DNA of 62,459 bases, filler included, from Stramenopiles sp. TOSAG23-2 (GCA_900128395.1; 20 parts of 20 records of this genome joined end to end with filler, not necessarily neighbours in it); one strand, 5' to 3'. Positions 1-10,658 are shown, counted from the whole stretch's first letter. A program made the numbers and translations. Notes: generated by a model not told the origin, from the letters alone.

Positions 1-61
1 GTACTCGGTCCCTTCACACTAATGGTGTCTCCTCTATACTGTCTGCTTCACTTCTTTTAAA

Positions 62-811
62 ATGGAGCAAGGAGCGTCACGATCTGCAAAGCCGTTACTT
101 ATTTCGGTTTTCATGTTGATTGCTGGTTGCACTATTATTACTGCATTGTTGTTCTTCTTTGAACCATGTTACTCCACCGAGTGCGTATTAAAAGATTGCT
201 ACAATACCGGATATTACATTGCCGTAACGTTGACTACGGTGGGATATGGTGATCAAATACCAACAACTATTATGGGTCGTGGCATTGGTGTATTTGTGAT
301 GGTGTTGGGTTCATTTTACATGGCAATGCCTTTAGCAGTTATTGGTAGCCGTTTTGAAGAGGCGTTTCAAGAGCGTGAAAAAGAAAAAGCAGCATTGAGT
401 GAAGAATATGAAAAATTAGTGTTGAAATCTTTACAAGGTGTGACGAGAAGGCAACGAAGAGAACGAGTATGTCGTCTAGGATACCAAGTAGCAGAATCAT
501 TAGGTGAATTGGAAGAGGTAAAAAATGACATGGGTGATCTTGATGAGACTGAAATTAAAGAACAGCTGCATCAACGCTTGTTGCAGATAACGATGGATTT
601 AAGAGTTCTATTTAGATTGGAAGCACCAATCAAATCAAGCAATAGTGCAAGCAAAGATGGTGGTGAAGAAAAAGGTGATGTCGATTCATTTTGGGATGCA
701 GACTTGTACACTGGTGATGATAGTAATTTAGATGAAATTGGTCATGATAAGTTAGAAGACATTCATATGGCAACAACGAAATTCTTTAATCAAATCAAAG
801 AAGCACATTGA
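62..811 (+). CDS. Voltage-gated (Kv-like) K+ channel, S5-pore-S6 and C-terminal part (5' incomplete)
   Basis: TM helix, K+ selectivity filter TLTTVGYGD, S6 with AMPLAVIGSRF (PVP-like). S1-S4 are absent and there is an in-frame TAA at 20-22, so the 5' part is in a missing exon or lost at the contig edge. Confidence 0.8.
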   Translation: MEQGASRSAKPLLISVFMLIAGCTIITALLFFFEPCYSTECVLKDCYNTGYYIAVTLTTVGYGDQIPTTIMGRGIGVFVMVLGSFYMAMPLAVIGSRFEEAFQEREKEKAALSEEYEKLVLKSLQGVTRRQRRERVCRLGYQVAESLGELEEVKNDMGDLDETEIKEQLHQRLLQITMDLRVLFRLEAPIKSSNSASKDGGEEKGDVDSFWDADLYTGDDSNLDEIGHDKLEDIHMATTKFFNQIKEAH

Positions 812-1171
812 AGTAGATGCCTTTTTACGTGTGCATTATAAAGTTATGATGTTAATTTCACGTAAATTTTATAGGGATTTTGATAGTGGTGGTCCAGCAA
901 TGTTGGATAATCGACAATAGTTTAGTTCATTTAGGTTGATAATATAGGAAAAGAGATATACGTTTGTATAAAAAGAAAAAAAAAGAAAACAAAATTAATT
1001 ACATATTATTAAATAAAAAAGGAAGGGAGAAGAAGCAGCGTGTTGTTGAAAAACAAAAGAAAAAATTAAAAAAATATGTTTTTTTTATTTTTTAATATAA
1101 TTTTTAAAATACGAATTCATTTTAGATATTACATTATGATGTAATATTCTTTTTCTCAATTTTTCTTGTAT

Positions 1172-2611
1172 TTATTGCAAGAAAGTTGATTTATGTTTTC
1201 TCAATCGATCTTGATGTTGATTGCGCAAATTAGTAGGTACTGGTGCTGGCATCGATGTTCCTCGTTTCTGTCTTGTTGGAAAATTTATTGTTTTCTTTTT
1301 CGTTGCTTTTTTTTTGCTTTCATCAATGCCATAATTATTGGATGATGATGAAACATTATTGTTGTCACTGTTATGCAATCTTTGACTATTTAAATTTTGA
1401 ATCTTTTCTTCTAAAAGTTTTTTTTTTAAACCACGATTATCTTTAACAGCTTGTTTCGCCTTTTCAGCCAAATCAGATAAAAATTGTTGTACCAATGTAA
1501 TGAGAACTGATAACATACCCAGCCCGACAGCACAATAGAATACTAGAAAAACATGGCCAGTTGAAGTTTCAGGAAAGTAATCGCCAAAACCAATTGTAGT
1601 CAATGATGTGAAACAAAAATACAACGATTCAATCCATGTCCACTCTCTTCCATGTTTATTATTGATCCCTCCTTCCATATCCGACCAAATAAATACAAAC
1701 GTACCCATTATTAACCAAAAAACAAATAACAATAATGTCGATACTAAACGTTTACGTCGTGCTGAAATTTCTGTTAAATTAAGATGCAATTGTTCACATG
1801 CATCTTGAAATTCTTGAAAATCAACTTGGCCATCATCATTAACATCGACTTCCCTCATAAAATCAAAAAATTGATAATCATCCATCTCAAAACCAAGTTC
1901 TTTTAATGCTAAACGCATCTCGTGATGATCTAATAGGCCGGAACTATCATCATCAAATTCTTTAAATGCATCTTGGACATGATTTTTCCTACCAACAAGG
2001 AGTCTAGCAATTTTATTTAATAACGTTTCTGCTACAACAGATAAACATATTCCTGCAATTGGTATTCCAATAAAACTATACAAAATGCAAAACAACTGTC
2101 CATATGGTGTATGTGGTGTCACTAGACCAAATCCAGTTGTTGTTACAACAGTAAATGAAAACATCCATGAACGACTATAATCCTCAAAATCTCGATATTT
2201 TTCATTTGGATGCCCAGTTAAAAGTGTCAATTCATTGTACAGGTCTGTATCATTTAATTTAACTTTGATACGGTGCATTAACTGCTGGAAGTGGTATCTC
2301 ATCTCTACTTCTTTATCACTTTCTAAATATGAAAAAACAAAAGCACCAATACTGATAATAAACAGTAATAATACAACAACTTTTAATATTCTGAATTCAT
2401 TTTTATGATGCAAAGGTTTCTTATTTACTAATAAAATATCCAAAATATTTTTATCACGAACATTAGTACTATTATTATTCTTATTATTTTCACCAATTGG
2501 TAAAAGTGGATTGTAGTTACTTTTTGTATCATAGTTATTCATTACATCATCGATCTCATCCTCCTCCTCATCGTCGTCATCAAAGTAATCTGAAGTTCCT
2601 TTCAAAAGCAT
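1172..2611 (-). CDS. Two-pore-domain (K2P/TPK-like) K+ channel with an internal EF-hand pair
   Basis: Four TM segments, pore loops TTTGFGLVTP and TTIGFGDYFP, EF loops DDDSSGLLDHHE and DVNDDGQVDFQE between M2 and M3. Start placed at the ATG at 2611; the ORF is open to 2689. Confidence 0.85.
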   Translation of the reverse strand: MLLKGTSDYFDDDDEEEDEIDDVMNNYDTKSNYNPLLPIGENNKNNNSTNVRDKNILDILLVNKKPLHHKNEFRILKVVVLLLFIISIGAFVFSYLESDKEVEMRYHFQQLMHRIKVKLNDTDLYNELTLLTGHPNEKYRDFEDYSRSWMFSFTVVTTTGFGLVTPHTPYGQLFCILYSFIGIPIAGICLSVVAETLLNKIARLLVGRKNHVQDAFKEFDDDSSGLLDHHEMRLALKELGFEMDDYQFFDFMREVDVNDDGQVDFQEFQDACEQLHLNLTEISARRKRLVSTLLLFVFWLIMGTFVFIWSDMEGGINNKHGREWTWIESLYFCFTSLTTIGFGDYFPETSTGHVFLVFYCAVGLGMLSVLITLVQQFLSDLAEKAKQAVKDNRGLKKKLLEEKIQNLNSQRLHNSDNNNVSSSSNNYGIDESKKKATKKKTINFPTRQKRGTSMPAPVPTNLRNQHQDRLRKHKSTFLQ

Positions 2612-3151
2612 GGGAACATATGGTATTATTACACAAGGTCTGCTTCTAGTTACATATTGTTGTTGCAGAAGGAATATGTGTATATGCATACATCTGTTTA
2701 ATATTAAAATTGATTTTTAATATTTTGAAAAGTTCTTCTTTTTATTTTCTTCAACAACAACAACAACAAGAAAAGAAGAAGAAGAAGAAAAAAAGTAATA
2801 TTAATAGTAGCTAGCCTGGCTAGTCGTCTAGCACTCTATAGCAATTTTAAATAAAAAGTATTTTTTATATTTTTTAAAAGAATACACACACACACATGTA
2901 TACACATACAGACCTTACGAATAACAAAAATAATTTCCCCTCTAATAGTGGCAATACCGCTCTTCTCTCCTCTTTGTTAATACCCCTTACAGGTATATAT
3001 TTAAAATTTAAAGAAATATCTTTTCAAGGTATCATATATATATGTCATAATATCTAGATATCTTCTTGATATATATCTAATCACAATTTGAAAATACCTT
3101 TGCCACCCTTAACATATTTTGCCCAGTTTTCACCATACGTATGTACTGGAG

Positions 3152-3251
3152 NNNNNNNNNNNNNNNNNNNNNNNNNNNNNNNNNNNNNNNNNNNNTTAAT
3201 TAATTAANNNNNNNNNNNNNNNNNNNNNNNNNNNNNNNNNNNNNNNNNNNN
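3152..3251. other. Artificial contig spacer N44-TTAATTAATTAA-N44 (first of 19)
   Basis: The same 100-bp spacer starts at 3152, 6400, 9648, 12894, 16140, 19385, 22629, 25872, 29113, 32352, 35590, 38825, 42056, 45284, 48501, 51718, 54933, 58146 and 61358. It places stops in all six frames. Confidence 0.98.
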
Positions 3252-3568
3252 TTACAGAGATAATGTGAACATGGTAATTTAACTGGTTCAAGCATTAATT
3301 CTAAATCAATTGGGCAAATGTAATCATGAATGTCTTCATCGATGTCTTGCTTTTTTTTGTTACAGCCGTGCTTCTTGTGATTTATTATTTGGTCCTCATT
3401 GTTATTTTCATTATGATCCATTTTTTCAATTATGGTAATATCATTATGATCTCGTTCATCAGATGAAACATGTCGCCGTTTTGCTATTATTGCTGGTAAT
3501 TTGATCAACGCACGACGTTTTTCTCTTTCTTCTTTTAAATTATGTAATAATGCTCTTTGTCCTAACAT
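3252..3568 (-). CDS. RING/U-box-type E3 ligase, 3'-truncated fragment
   Basis: YICPIDLELMLEPVKLPCSHYLC is the start of a RING/U-box domain; it runs into the spacer. Confidence 0.6.
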
Positions 3569-4050
3569 AATAACTTTCTTTTATTGATTTTTCTCTTTCT
3601 TTTCTTGTGTCTTCTTTATTTTGGCAATTGGTTTATATATCTTAATGAATATCTTTTGTTGTTGCATTGTGTCTCCATCTACTTGTCTACATCTATATAT
3701 TATAATACCTTTGTAAAATAAAAAATCGTGTGGGTAAAAAATGGCAGCATAGATAAACTGTGTGTTAGTGCTATATCCATAGTATGCTTATTAATATTTT
3801 TAATCTCTTATACGTAATGCTTCACGGTGTGTGTCGAGTGTCGAGCTCAGTCCAAATACCTTAACCTGGTAAATCACAACAAAAAAAAGAAGAAGAATCA
3901 TCATAAAACATGTTGAGCTTGATAAGAAGCACATATAATATGACATAAATTTTTTAGATTTTGTTCTTTATAATAGATATATTTTAGTACACCATATATA
4001 AACAACGAACAGACAATAGAACAGGCATATCAATAGAACACAACACAAAC

Positions 4051-5217
4051 ATGAAATCGTACCGCGGGGCCTCGTTTTTAAACGGGCCTAGTCTAAACTC
4101 CCAGTCGTTTGAAACGTTTGAGGATGAGGATGGATTTGATAATATATGTGAAGGATGGTTATTAATTAAAAAACAATCGAAAAGTGGTTGGAAAAAAAGA
4201 TTTTGTAAAATATATGTTGATGATAAAATATTTTCACTATACGATGGTACGTCTATACATTTAGACGCAAAGCTTGTATTTAAACTTGATGTTTCATCTA
4301 CTTGCGAAACAATGAATAGTGAAAAAAGTAATAAAAATTTTTGTTTTGTACTAAAAAATGATTCACAAAATGATATTATTGCTTCTGCATATGATGAAAT
4401 TGATAAAAATATATGTATGGATTTTATTCAAATTATAATAGATACTAACAATGGCAATAATAATAATAATAATAAAAAAAAAAAAAATTCAACATTAACA
4501 CAATCAAACAGAAATGACAATGAAAAAAGTTGTAACAACAATAATAATAATGAATCAATGATCTCATCTTTGACATCATGGCAGTCTCCAACTGTAAATG
4601 ATATGCAATTATTTGATGATAATAATGGTATAACGAACAATAATAATAATGAATCAATGATCTCATCTTTGACATCATGGCAGTCTCCAACTGTAAATGA
4701 TATGCAATTATTTGATGATAATAATGGTATAATGAATGGTATCAATACAGCAGATAGTAATAACAATAATTCTTCATCCACAATAATAGTAAAACAATTT
4801 ACTACATCGTCCTCCTCTTCCTTATCCCCAGATATGAAAAAATTAAAAGATATATATTGTAGAAAACCATTCAATAAAGATTTATATATTCAAAATGCAT
4901 ATGAACATTGTACAAAAACGGATCTTGCACGTTTATTAGAAAATTTACGAAATGATAAAATACAAACTGAAAATGAAATTAAAAAATGTTTAATACATAA
5001 TTTTAATAATATAGTACATGTTAATGGTGAAGGTCATGATTTCATACAACGTAATGATCGTCATAATAGGAATGGTAAATATCATAGTCGTGTAACATCT
5101 TTTGGTATGATTAATACCGATACAAAAGATCATGATGATATAGATATTGATAAAGCAGTCCAAAATGAACATTTGAAAAAATTTTTAAATGAACAGAATC
5201 TTATATTATTTAATTAA
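4051..5217 (+). CDS. PH-domain protein with a possible Vps51/Exo84-N-like helical segment
   Basis: CEGWLLIKKQSKSGWKKRFCKI ... FCFVLK ... ASAYDE..K is a PH pattern, followed by an Asn-rich linker. PFNKDLYIQ...LARLLENLRNDKIQTENEIKKCLIHNF resembles the Vps51-family consensus (weaker call). Confidence 0.65.
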   Translation: MKSYRGASFLNGPSLNSQSFETFEDEDGFDNICEGWLLIKKQSKSGWKKRFCKIYVDDKIFSLYDGTSIHLDAKLVFKLDVSSTCETMNSEKSNKNFCFVLKNDSQNDIIASAYDEIDKNICMDFIQIIIDTNNGNNNNNNKKKKNSTLTQSNRNDNEKSCNNNNNNESMISSLTSWQSPTVNDMQLFDDNNGITNNNNNESMISSLTSWQSPTVNDMQLFDDNNGIMNGINTADSNNNNSSSTIIVKQFTTSSSSSLSPDMKKLKDIYCRKPFNKDLYIQNAYEHCTKTDLARLLENLRNDKIQTENEIKKCLIHNFNNIVHVNGEGHDFIQRNDRHNRNGKYHSRVTSFGMINTDTKDHDDIDIDKAVQNEHLKKFLNEQNLILFN

Positions 5218-5262
5218 AGTTTCAATCCTTCAAATAACCTACTATAAAAATTAAATGTTATT

Positions 5263-6020
5263 TTTTATAAAAATGCATTAAATAAAATGAGCGAGGAAAA
5301 TATTGATGATATTAAGATTACTGTATGCATACTTCGTATTTTATTTTATATATTTTTGTATTTTATCGTGTAGTTATAAAAACGTGTATTTTATACACAC
5401 TGTACACGCACGGAAGAGAAAATTTGTGTGAAAACCCCCTATATTCGTATATATGTTATAATTTTTTTTATAAAAAAAAAGAATGTTGTTTTAATCTTTA
5501 GATATAATAATAAATTAATTTCAAAGTTAGGAAGTTTATTGGATGAATAAATTAAATGATACGAATTTTTTTTATAAAAATGCATTAAATAAAATGATGC
5601 GAGGAAAATATTGATGATATTAAAATTTACTGTATGCATACTTCGTATTTATTTATATATATTTTTGTATTTTATCGTAGTTATAAAAACGTATTTTATA
5701 CACACTGTACACGCACGGAAGAGAAAATTTGTATGAAACCCCCTATATTCGTATGATATAATATGTTATAATTTTTTTTATAAAAAAAAAGAATGTTGTT
5801 TTAATCTTTAGATATATACTCGTACTTTCTTCAATAAACAATATCTTCCTCATCATCATCGTCCATATCGTCTATATCAACTTCCGGTATATGTTATAAT
5901 TTTTTTTATAAAAAAAAAGAATGTTGTTTTAATCTTTAGATATATACTCGTGTACTTTCTTCAATAAACAATATCTTCCTCATCATCATCGTCCATATCG
6001 TCTATATCAACTTCCGGTAT
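5263..6020. repeat. Imperfect direct repeats in a 3' intergenic region (about 240 bp x2, plus about 130 bp x2 overlapping a gene end)
   Basis: About 5263-5505 recurs at about 5570-5817 with small indels. About 5761-5890 recurs at about 5890-6020. Confidence 0.85.
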
Positions 6021-6399
6021 TTCCCAATGTTCTTTATTTTCACAACAACCTCTATTTTTTAATGTTTTACCACTGGATATTAAAATGAAAAATACATAAA
6101 ATGTATAACGTATTAAAAGTAAAGAAAATGATACTAGTGTATCCCCACCACCATCCGCTGTGGTATTTAACACTGCATCTGGTAAATCAGGTGATATGGC
6201 ATATACCAAAAGTGCTACAATACATAGTATCATAACTAGAAATTGGAACCAATTGCTCAAACAATTGAAATATACGAGGCATTTCGTCGTTTGTCCACTT
6301 TTCACTGGTTTCCAATTAATTAAAAAATATGATCGCCATCCATCATATGCTATTTCTAATACAACATCTGCAACCACTGCAAACGTAACGATGGTTTCT
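5961..6399 (-). CDS. Membrane protein fragment resembling voltage-sensor/ion-transport S2-S4 helices (5' truncated)
   Basis: E...D..LEI..DGWRSYF and NWFQFLVMIL (cf. NxFD), three hydrophobic helices, a single Arg in LLLIRY, acidic tail. Confidence 0.45.
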
Positions 6400-6617
6400 N
6401 NNNNNNNNNNNNNNNNNNNNNNNNNNNNNNNNNNNNNNNNNNNTTAATTAATTAANNNNNNNNNNNNNNNNNNNNNNNNNNNNNNNNNNNNNNNNNNNNG
6501 GCATAACTTATTTTTTAATTTACTCATGATAATTCCTACTCTCCAGAAAGAATATGATACAATAACTGAGACAAATCTATCTCACTAAAACCACTGAAAT
6601 AAAAAACAAATATGTAG

Positions 6618-6641
6618 ACGCGCGCACGCGCGTGCGCGCGT
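6618..6641. repeat. Perfect 24-bp CpG-rich palindrome
   Basis: ACGCGCGCACGC|GCGTGCGCGCGT is its own reverse complement and alternates purine/pyrimidine throughout. Confidence 0.9.
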
Positions 6642-7084
6642 GTTATTTTTTTTACGAAGTAGTAAAAAATATGCATATATTTTTATCTTTTAGCATCTCA
6701 GTAATCTGCATACACTATATGATACAAACTCTTTTTTAGATTTTATATTTTACGTAGGATTTGGTAATCTTGGTAGATTTTATAAACATCATATGATCAC
6801 ATGATATACACTTAACCATCAGGAACATATTTAAAAATATTACAAAAATGATTGTTTTTAGGTTTTTAATATAATTTTTCATACACTTTACACTTTACAC
6901 ACTACACACCGCTCTTCTTCGCATTTTTATATCAATTATCAATATTTTTTTATCACAACGTGACATACAACAACACATTTTGTACATGTACTAATATACG
7001 ACGTAACACCGTAACATATATATGATATGATGTACGCAAACAATAGTTGTATAAAATATGCGGGCATATATATACGAATGGTAT

Positions 7085-8221
7085 TTACTGCTCTTTCTGC
7101 CCAACTTGTTTTAATTGTTCTAATACTTCTTTAACATCTTTTGTGGATGGATGTTCACTACCTAAATGAGTTTCATAGATGGATGATGCAATACTAATAT
7201 GATCAATTGCTTTTGCAGTATCACCAACAAATAAATACAATAAACCTAATGTATAACGTGCTTCCCCAGTTGCAATATGCCCATCGCCTAGAAATTTCTC
7301 TCGTGTTTTTAATATTTCTTTTAACATTTCCATTGCCTCTGCAATTTGTGCTTCACCTAAGGTATCAATATTTTCTGTATTATTACGTACAGATGCTAAA
7401 AATTTATACCATACATCAACGACTTTATCATAAAATGCTAATGAATTTTCAATTTGATTTTGACTATAAAATATATTTGCCATGTGATAATATCCACCTG
7501 CAGTATCAACATGTTCCGGACCAACTTCTAACGAGGCATAATATACATCTTGTGATAATTGTTGCAATGCTTCTGTATGTTTACCTTGTGATGCATACAA
7601 TTTACCAAAATTACGATGTAATTGGGAACGAATATTATTACTACATTCTGGATTTTTCAATACAGACCAATTTGCTAATGATAAAAATTCTTCCGCAGCT
7701 TTTAAACGTTTTAAACCTAAATTTGCTTCTGCTAATAATAAATAGGTTGGAACAATTTCAATACTATCTTCCCCATGGACATCTTTTGTTAAATTCATAC
7801 TTTGTAATGCACCTGGAATAGACAATGCAAATTGTCCACGTGCTAATAAATTCGCTGCTTCCGTTTTAGTTAAATCTATTAATGCACGTTTACTGACATC
7901 TAACGTATAACGTCTTCGTTGGCGTTCCTCCTCGCTACCAATAACAGCAGGTGTTGTACGTATTGGACCTAATAAAGGTAATATTTTATGTAATATACCA
8001 GTCCATGCTATTTCTGCATCTTGTTTGGAACCAAAATACAATATAATATATGGTGTTATCATTTGTATCGTTGCAGGTGCACCAGTCACTTCACATCGTA
8101 AACGAACTTCTTTCGGTTGTGCTAACATATTGACCGGTTCAATACGATATCCTTCTGTCTGTGCTTGTACATTCCATTCTTCCGCTAATTGTGGTTGTGT
8201 ATTATTTGTTACCGATGCCAT
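7085..8221 (-). CDS. ZMYND12: ZMYND12-like TPR protein (flagellar)
   Basis: Matches the ZMYND12 sequence as I recall it along its length: LAQPKEVRLRCEV, SEEERQ, VPTYLLLAEANLGL, WSVLKNPECSNNIRSQLHRNFG, DVYYAS, GGYYHMANIFY. Confidence 0.85.
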   Translation of the reverse strand: MASVTNNTQPQLAEEWNVQAQTEGYRIEPVNMLAQPKEVRLRCEVTGAPATIQMITPYIILYFGSKQDAEIAWTGILHKILPLLGPIRTTPAVIGSEEERQRRRYTLDVSKRALIDLTKTEAANLLARGQFALSIPGALQSMNLTKDVHGEDSIEIVPTYLLLAEANLGLKRLKAAEEFLSLANWSVLKNPECSNNIRSQLHRNFGKLYASQGKHTEALQQLSQDVYYASLEVGPEHVDTAGGYYHMANIFYSQNQIENSLAFYDKVVDVWYKFLASVRNNTENIDTLGEAQIAEAMEMLKEILKTREKFLGDGHIATGEARYTLGLLYLFVGDTAKAIDHISIASSIYETHLGSEHPSTKDVKEVLEQLKQVGQKEQ

Positions 8222-9147
8222 TATTTTATATTTTAATTAATTAATTAATTATATTAAATTAATCCTCAACAATATGTAGGTTTTTATATTACAGTTATTA
8301 TTATTATTACGATCAAAAATATTTAATGATTTCCTTTATTACTTTATCCTATTGATCAATCAATCTTTCAACTATGTACATTAACTCCTAAAATTTTTTA
8401 TTTAAAATATAAAATTTTATTTATTTATTTTTTTTGTAAATAAAAAATGTTTTGTTTTTTTTATTAATTAATAAATATTGCAGATGTTGCTAGGTGTGTT
8501 TTATCATATACTAAGATAATAAACCTTGTGTATATGTTAAATGTAAATATATGTTGTACTTAATAAAATCATCTCCGTTCCTGTTTTATAATTTCTCATC
8601 GAAGAAAACAACAAGAGGAAGATGACAGAAATTTAACGGAATGCAAAACGGCACAAACCGGACGGAGGCCACGATACTGGTAGCAGGTACACAGCACAGA
8701 GGATTGTGTCGGTGCTAATTAAGGTCATATAGCAAATATAGGTGGTATACACTAACACGGTACACAGCACAACGAAAGTCAGAAGAAAGTCTGTCGCCTG
8801 CTGTGCACCTGTTGGATGAAAAGACTAAGAATTTATCATTATGTTGTAATATAATAGCACTATTATAAATAGCAGCTATTATAATACTACTATTGAAACA
8901 TTGTTGAAACTATCAACAGCTACTACTTGCACACTTCTTTTTTCCAAAAAATAATATATAATACTAAATAATATATATATAGATACTTATTATAGTCCAA
9001 GTTTAATTCCACTTGTATTTTCTATCTTTTTCTTCTTCAACACATCATCATACTCTACCAACATCATTGTATTGTTCACAATCATCAGGTTTCATACAAC
9101 GATAACATTGATTTTTACAAACAAGTCTTTGTACATATACAATAACC

Positions 9148-9636
9148 ATGAGTGAATTTCAACAATTGTATAATGCGGTAAAACATGGTGCCGTACCACC
9201 GTTAAAACATTTAATTGAAAATGAACAAATAAATATGTATTTAACGGATTCGTTAGGTAAAAATATTTTACACCATGCTGCTATATTAGGTAAAGAGGAT
9301 ATATTAACATGGTTGATTGAAAAAAAAGAATACGATATAAATTTAAAGTGCACAATAGGATTAAAAATGATGAATTATGCTGCACTACGAAAAACAAAAT
9401 TAACGAAAAAACGATTGTTAAAATTAAATACTGAAGTTAAAGAATTAAATAAAGAGTTAAAAGGTTCAGATGATGCAACTTATGCTAAAATATCAAAACA
9501 ATTGGAACATTTAAATACAGAATTAAAACTTGATTATTCAACATATCCGGCAAAAGATGAAGATGGTGATCTTGTTGATATATACCCAGTTGTTACCACA
9601 AGGCTTGTATATAAACATCATAATTCTCAAATATAA
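9148..9636 (+). CDS. Ankyrin-repeat protein, N-terminal part
   Basis: LYNAVKHG...LKHLIE and GKNILHHAAILGKEDILTWLIE ankyrin motifs, then a coiled coil. Ends next to the contig edge, so probably incomplete. Confidence 0.65.
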   Translation: MSEFQQLYNAVKHGAVPPLKHLIENEQINMYLTDSLGKNILHHAAILGKEDILTWLIEKKEYDINLKCTIGLKMMNYAALRKTKLTKKRLLKLNTEVKELNKELKGSDDATYAKISKQLEHLNTELKLDYSTYPAKDEDGDLVDIYPVVTTRLVYKHHNSQI

Positions 9637-9749
9637 TAAAAAATTACNNNNNNNNNNNNNNNNNNNNNNNNNNNNNNNNNNNNNNNNNNNNTTAATTAAT
9701 TAANNNNNNNNNNNNNNNNNNNNNNNNNNNNNNNNNNNNNNNNNNNNTG

Positions 9750-10658
9750 AAATCCCAAAATATAATAAAGAAGAAGAACCTGGCAATTTTACCACCACCA
9801 TCCACGACGACAAATATCAACGATAATGATAATAATAAAAAGAAGAAACAGGAAGATCTTGCTGCTTTACTTCAAGATATTGAAGAGAAAATGAATGTAT
9901 ACAAAAAGAAAGCGTTAGCATTCAAAAAACAAGGTAATTTAAAAGATGCGAAATCAAATTATGCTCAATACAAACGTTTAAAGTCAATGCTAGAAGATAG
10001 AAAGCCGAAAGCCAAGGAGGTGGTGGTAGTAGATTCAAAACCAATAACAAAACTATCTTCTCCCATCAATACTACTAATATTTCCAATAATAAATCGTCT
10101 ATCACTATGATGAAAAAAGCAAGCGATGTTATAGTGAAGAAAAAAACAACTGTATTATTATCACCGCCAAAAAAAAAAGCAATGGACAATATTAGAAACG
10201 TTAAGTTAACAGTTGATGATATGAATGATCCAGAATTACTAGCAGAATTGAAAATGTTACAAGGTGGAGGAGATCTTCTTGATATTGCATCAAAAAAACA
10301 ACCAAAACAACCACCAGTAGTAGATGTAAAGCAATTAAAACTTGAAATATCAGATAATAAAATTAAAGCAGTTGAAGCAAGACGAAGTGGGGATATGACA
10401 TTAGCAAGGAAATATTATAATGAATATAAACGTTTGCAAAAGGTAATATCGGATAAAAATATNNNNNNNNNNNNNNNNNNNNNNNNNNNNNNNNNNNNNN
10501 NNNNNNNNNNNNNNNNNNNNNNNNNNNNNNNNNNNNNNNNNNNNNNNNNNNNNNNNNNNNNNNNNNNNNNNNNNAGTGGGGATATGACATTAGCAAGGAA
10601 ATATTATAATGAATATAAACGTTTGCAAAAGGTAATATCGGATAAAAATGAGAATTAA
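9750..10658 (+). CDS. DM14-repeat protein (CC2D1/Lgd-like repeats), 5' truncated
   Basis: YKKKALAFKKQGNLKDAKSNYAQYKRL and KIKAVEARRSGDMTLARKYYNEYKRL, plus DPELLAEL. The frame is open from the contig edge. The internal N gap 10463-10574 is flanked by duplicated sequence. Confidence 0.6.
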   Translation, partial: KSQNIIKKKNLAILPPPSTTTNINDNDNNKKKKQEDLAALLQDIEEKMNVYKKKALAFKKQGNLKDAKSNYAQYKRLKSMLEDRKPKAKEVVVVDSKPITKLSSPINTTNISNNKSSITMMKKASDVIVKKKTTVLLSPPKKKAMDNIRNVKLTVDDMNDPELLAELKMLQGGGDLLDIASKKQPKQPPVVDVKQLKLEISDNKIKAVEARRSGDMTLARKYYNEYKRLQKVISDKNXXXXXXXXXXXXXXXXXXXXXXXXXXXXXXXXXXXXXXSGDMTLARKYYNEYKRLQKVISDKNEN

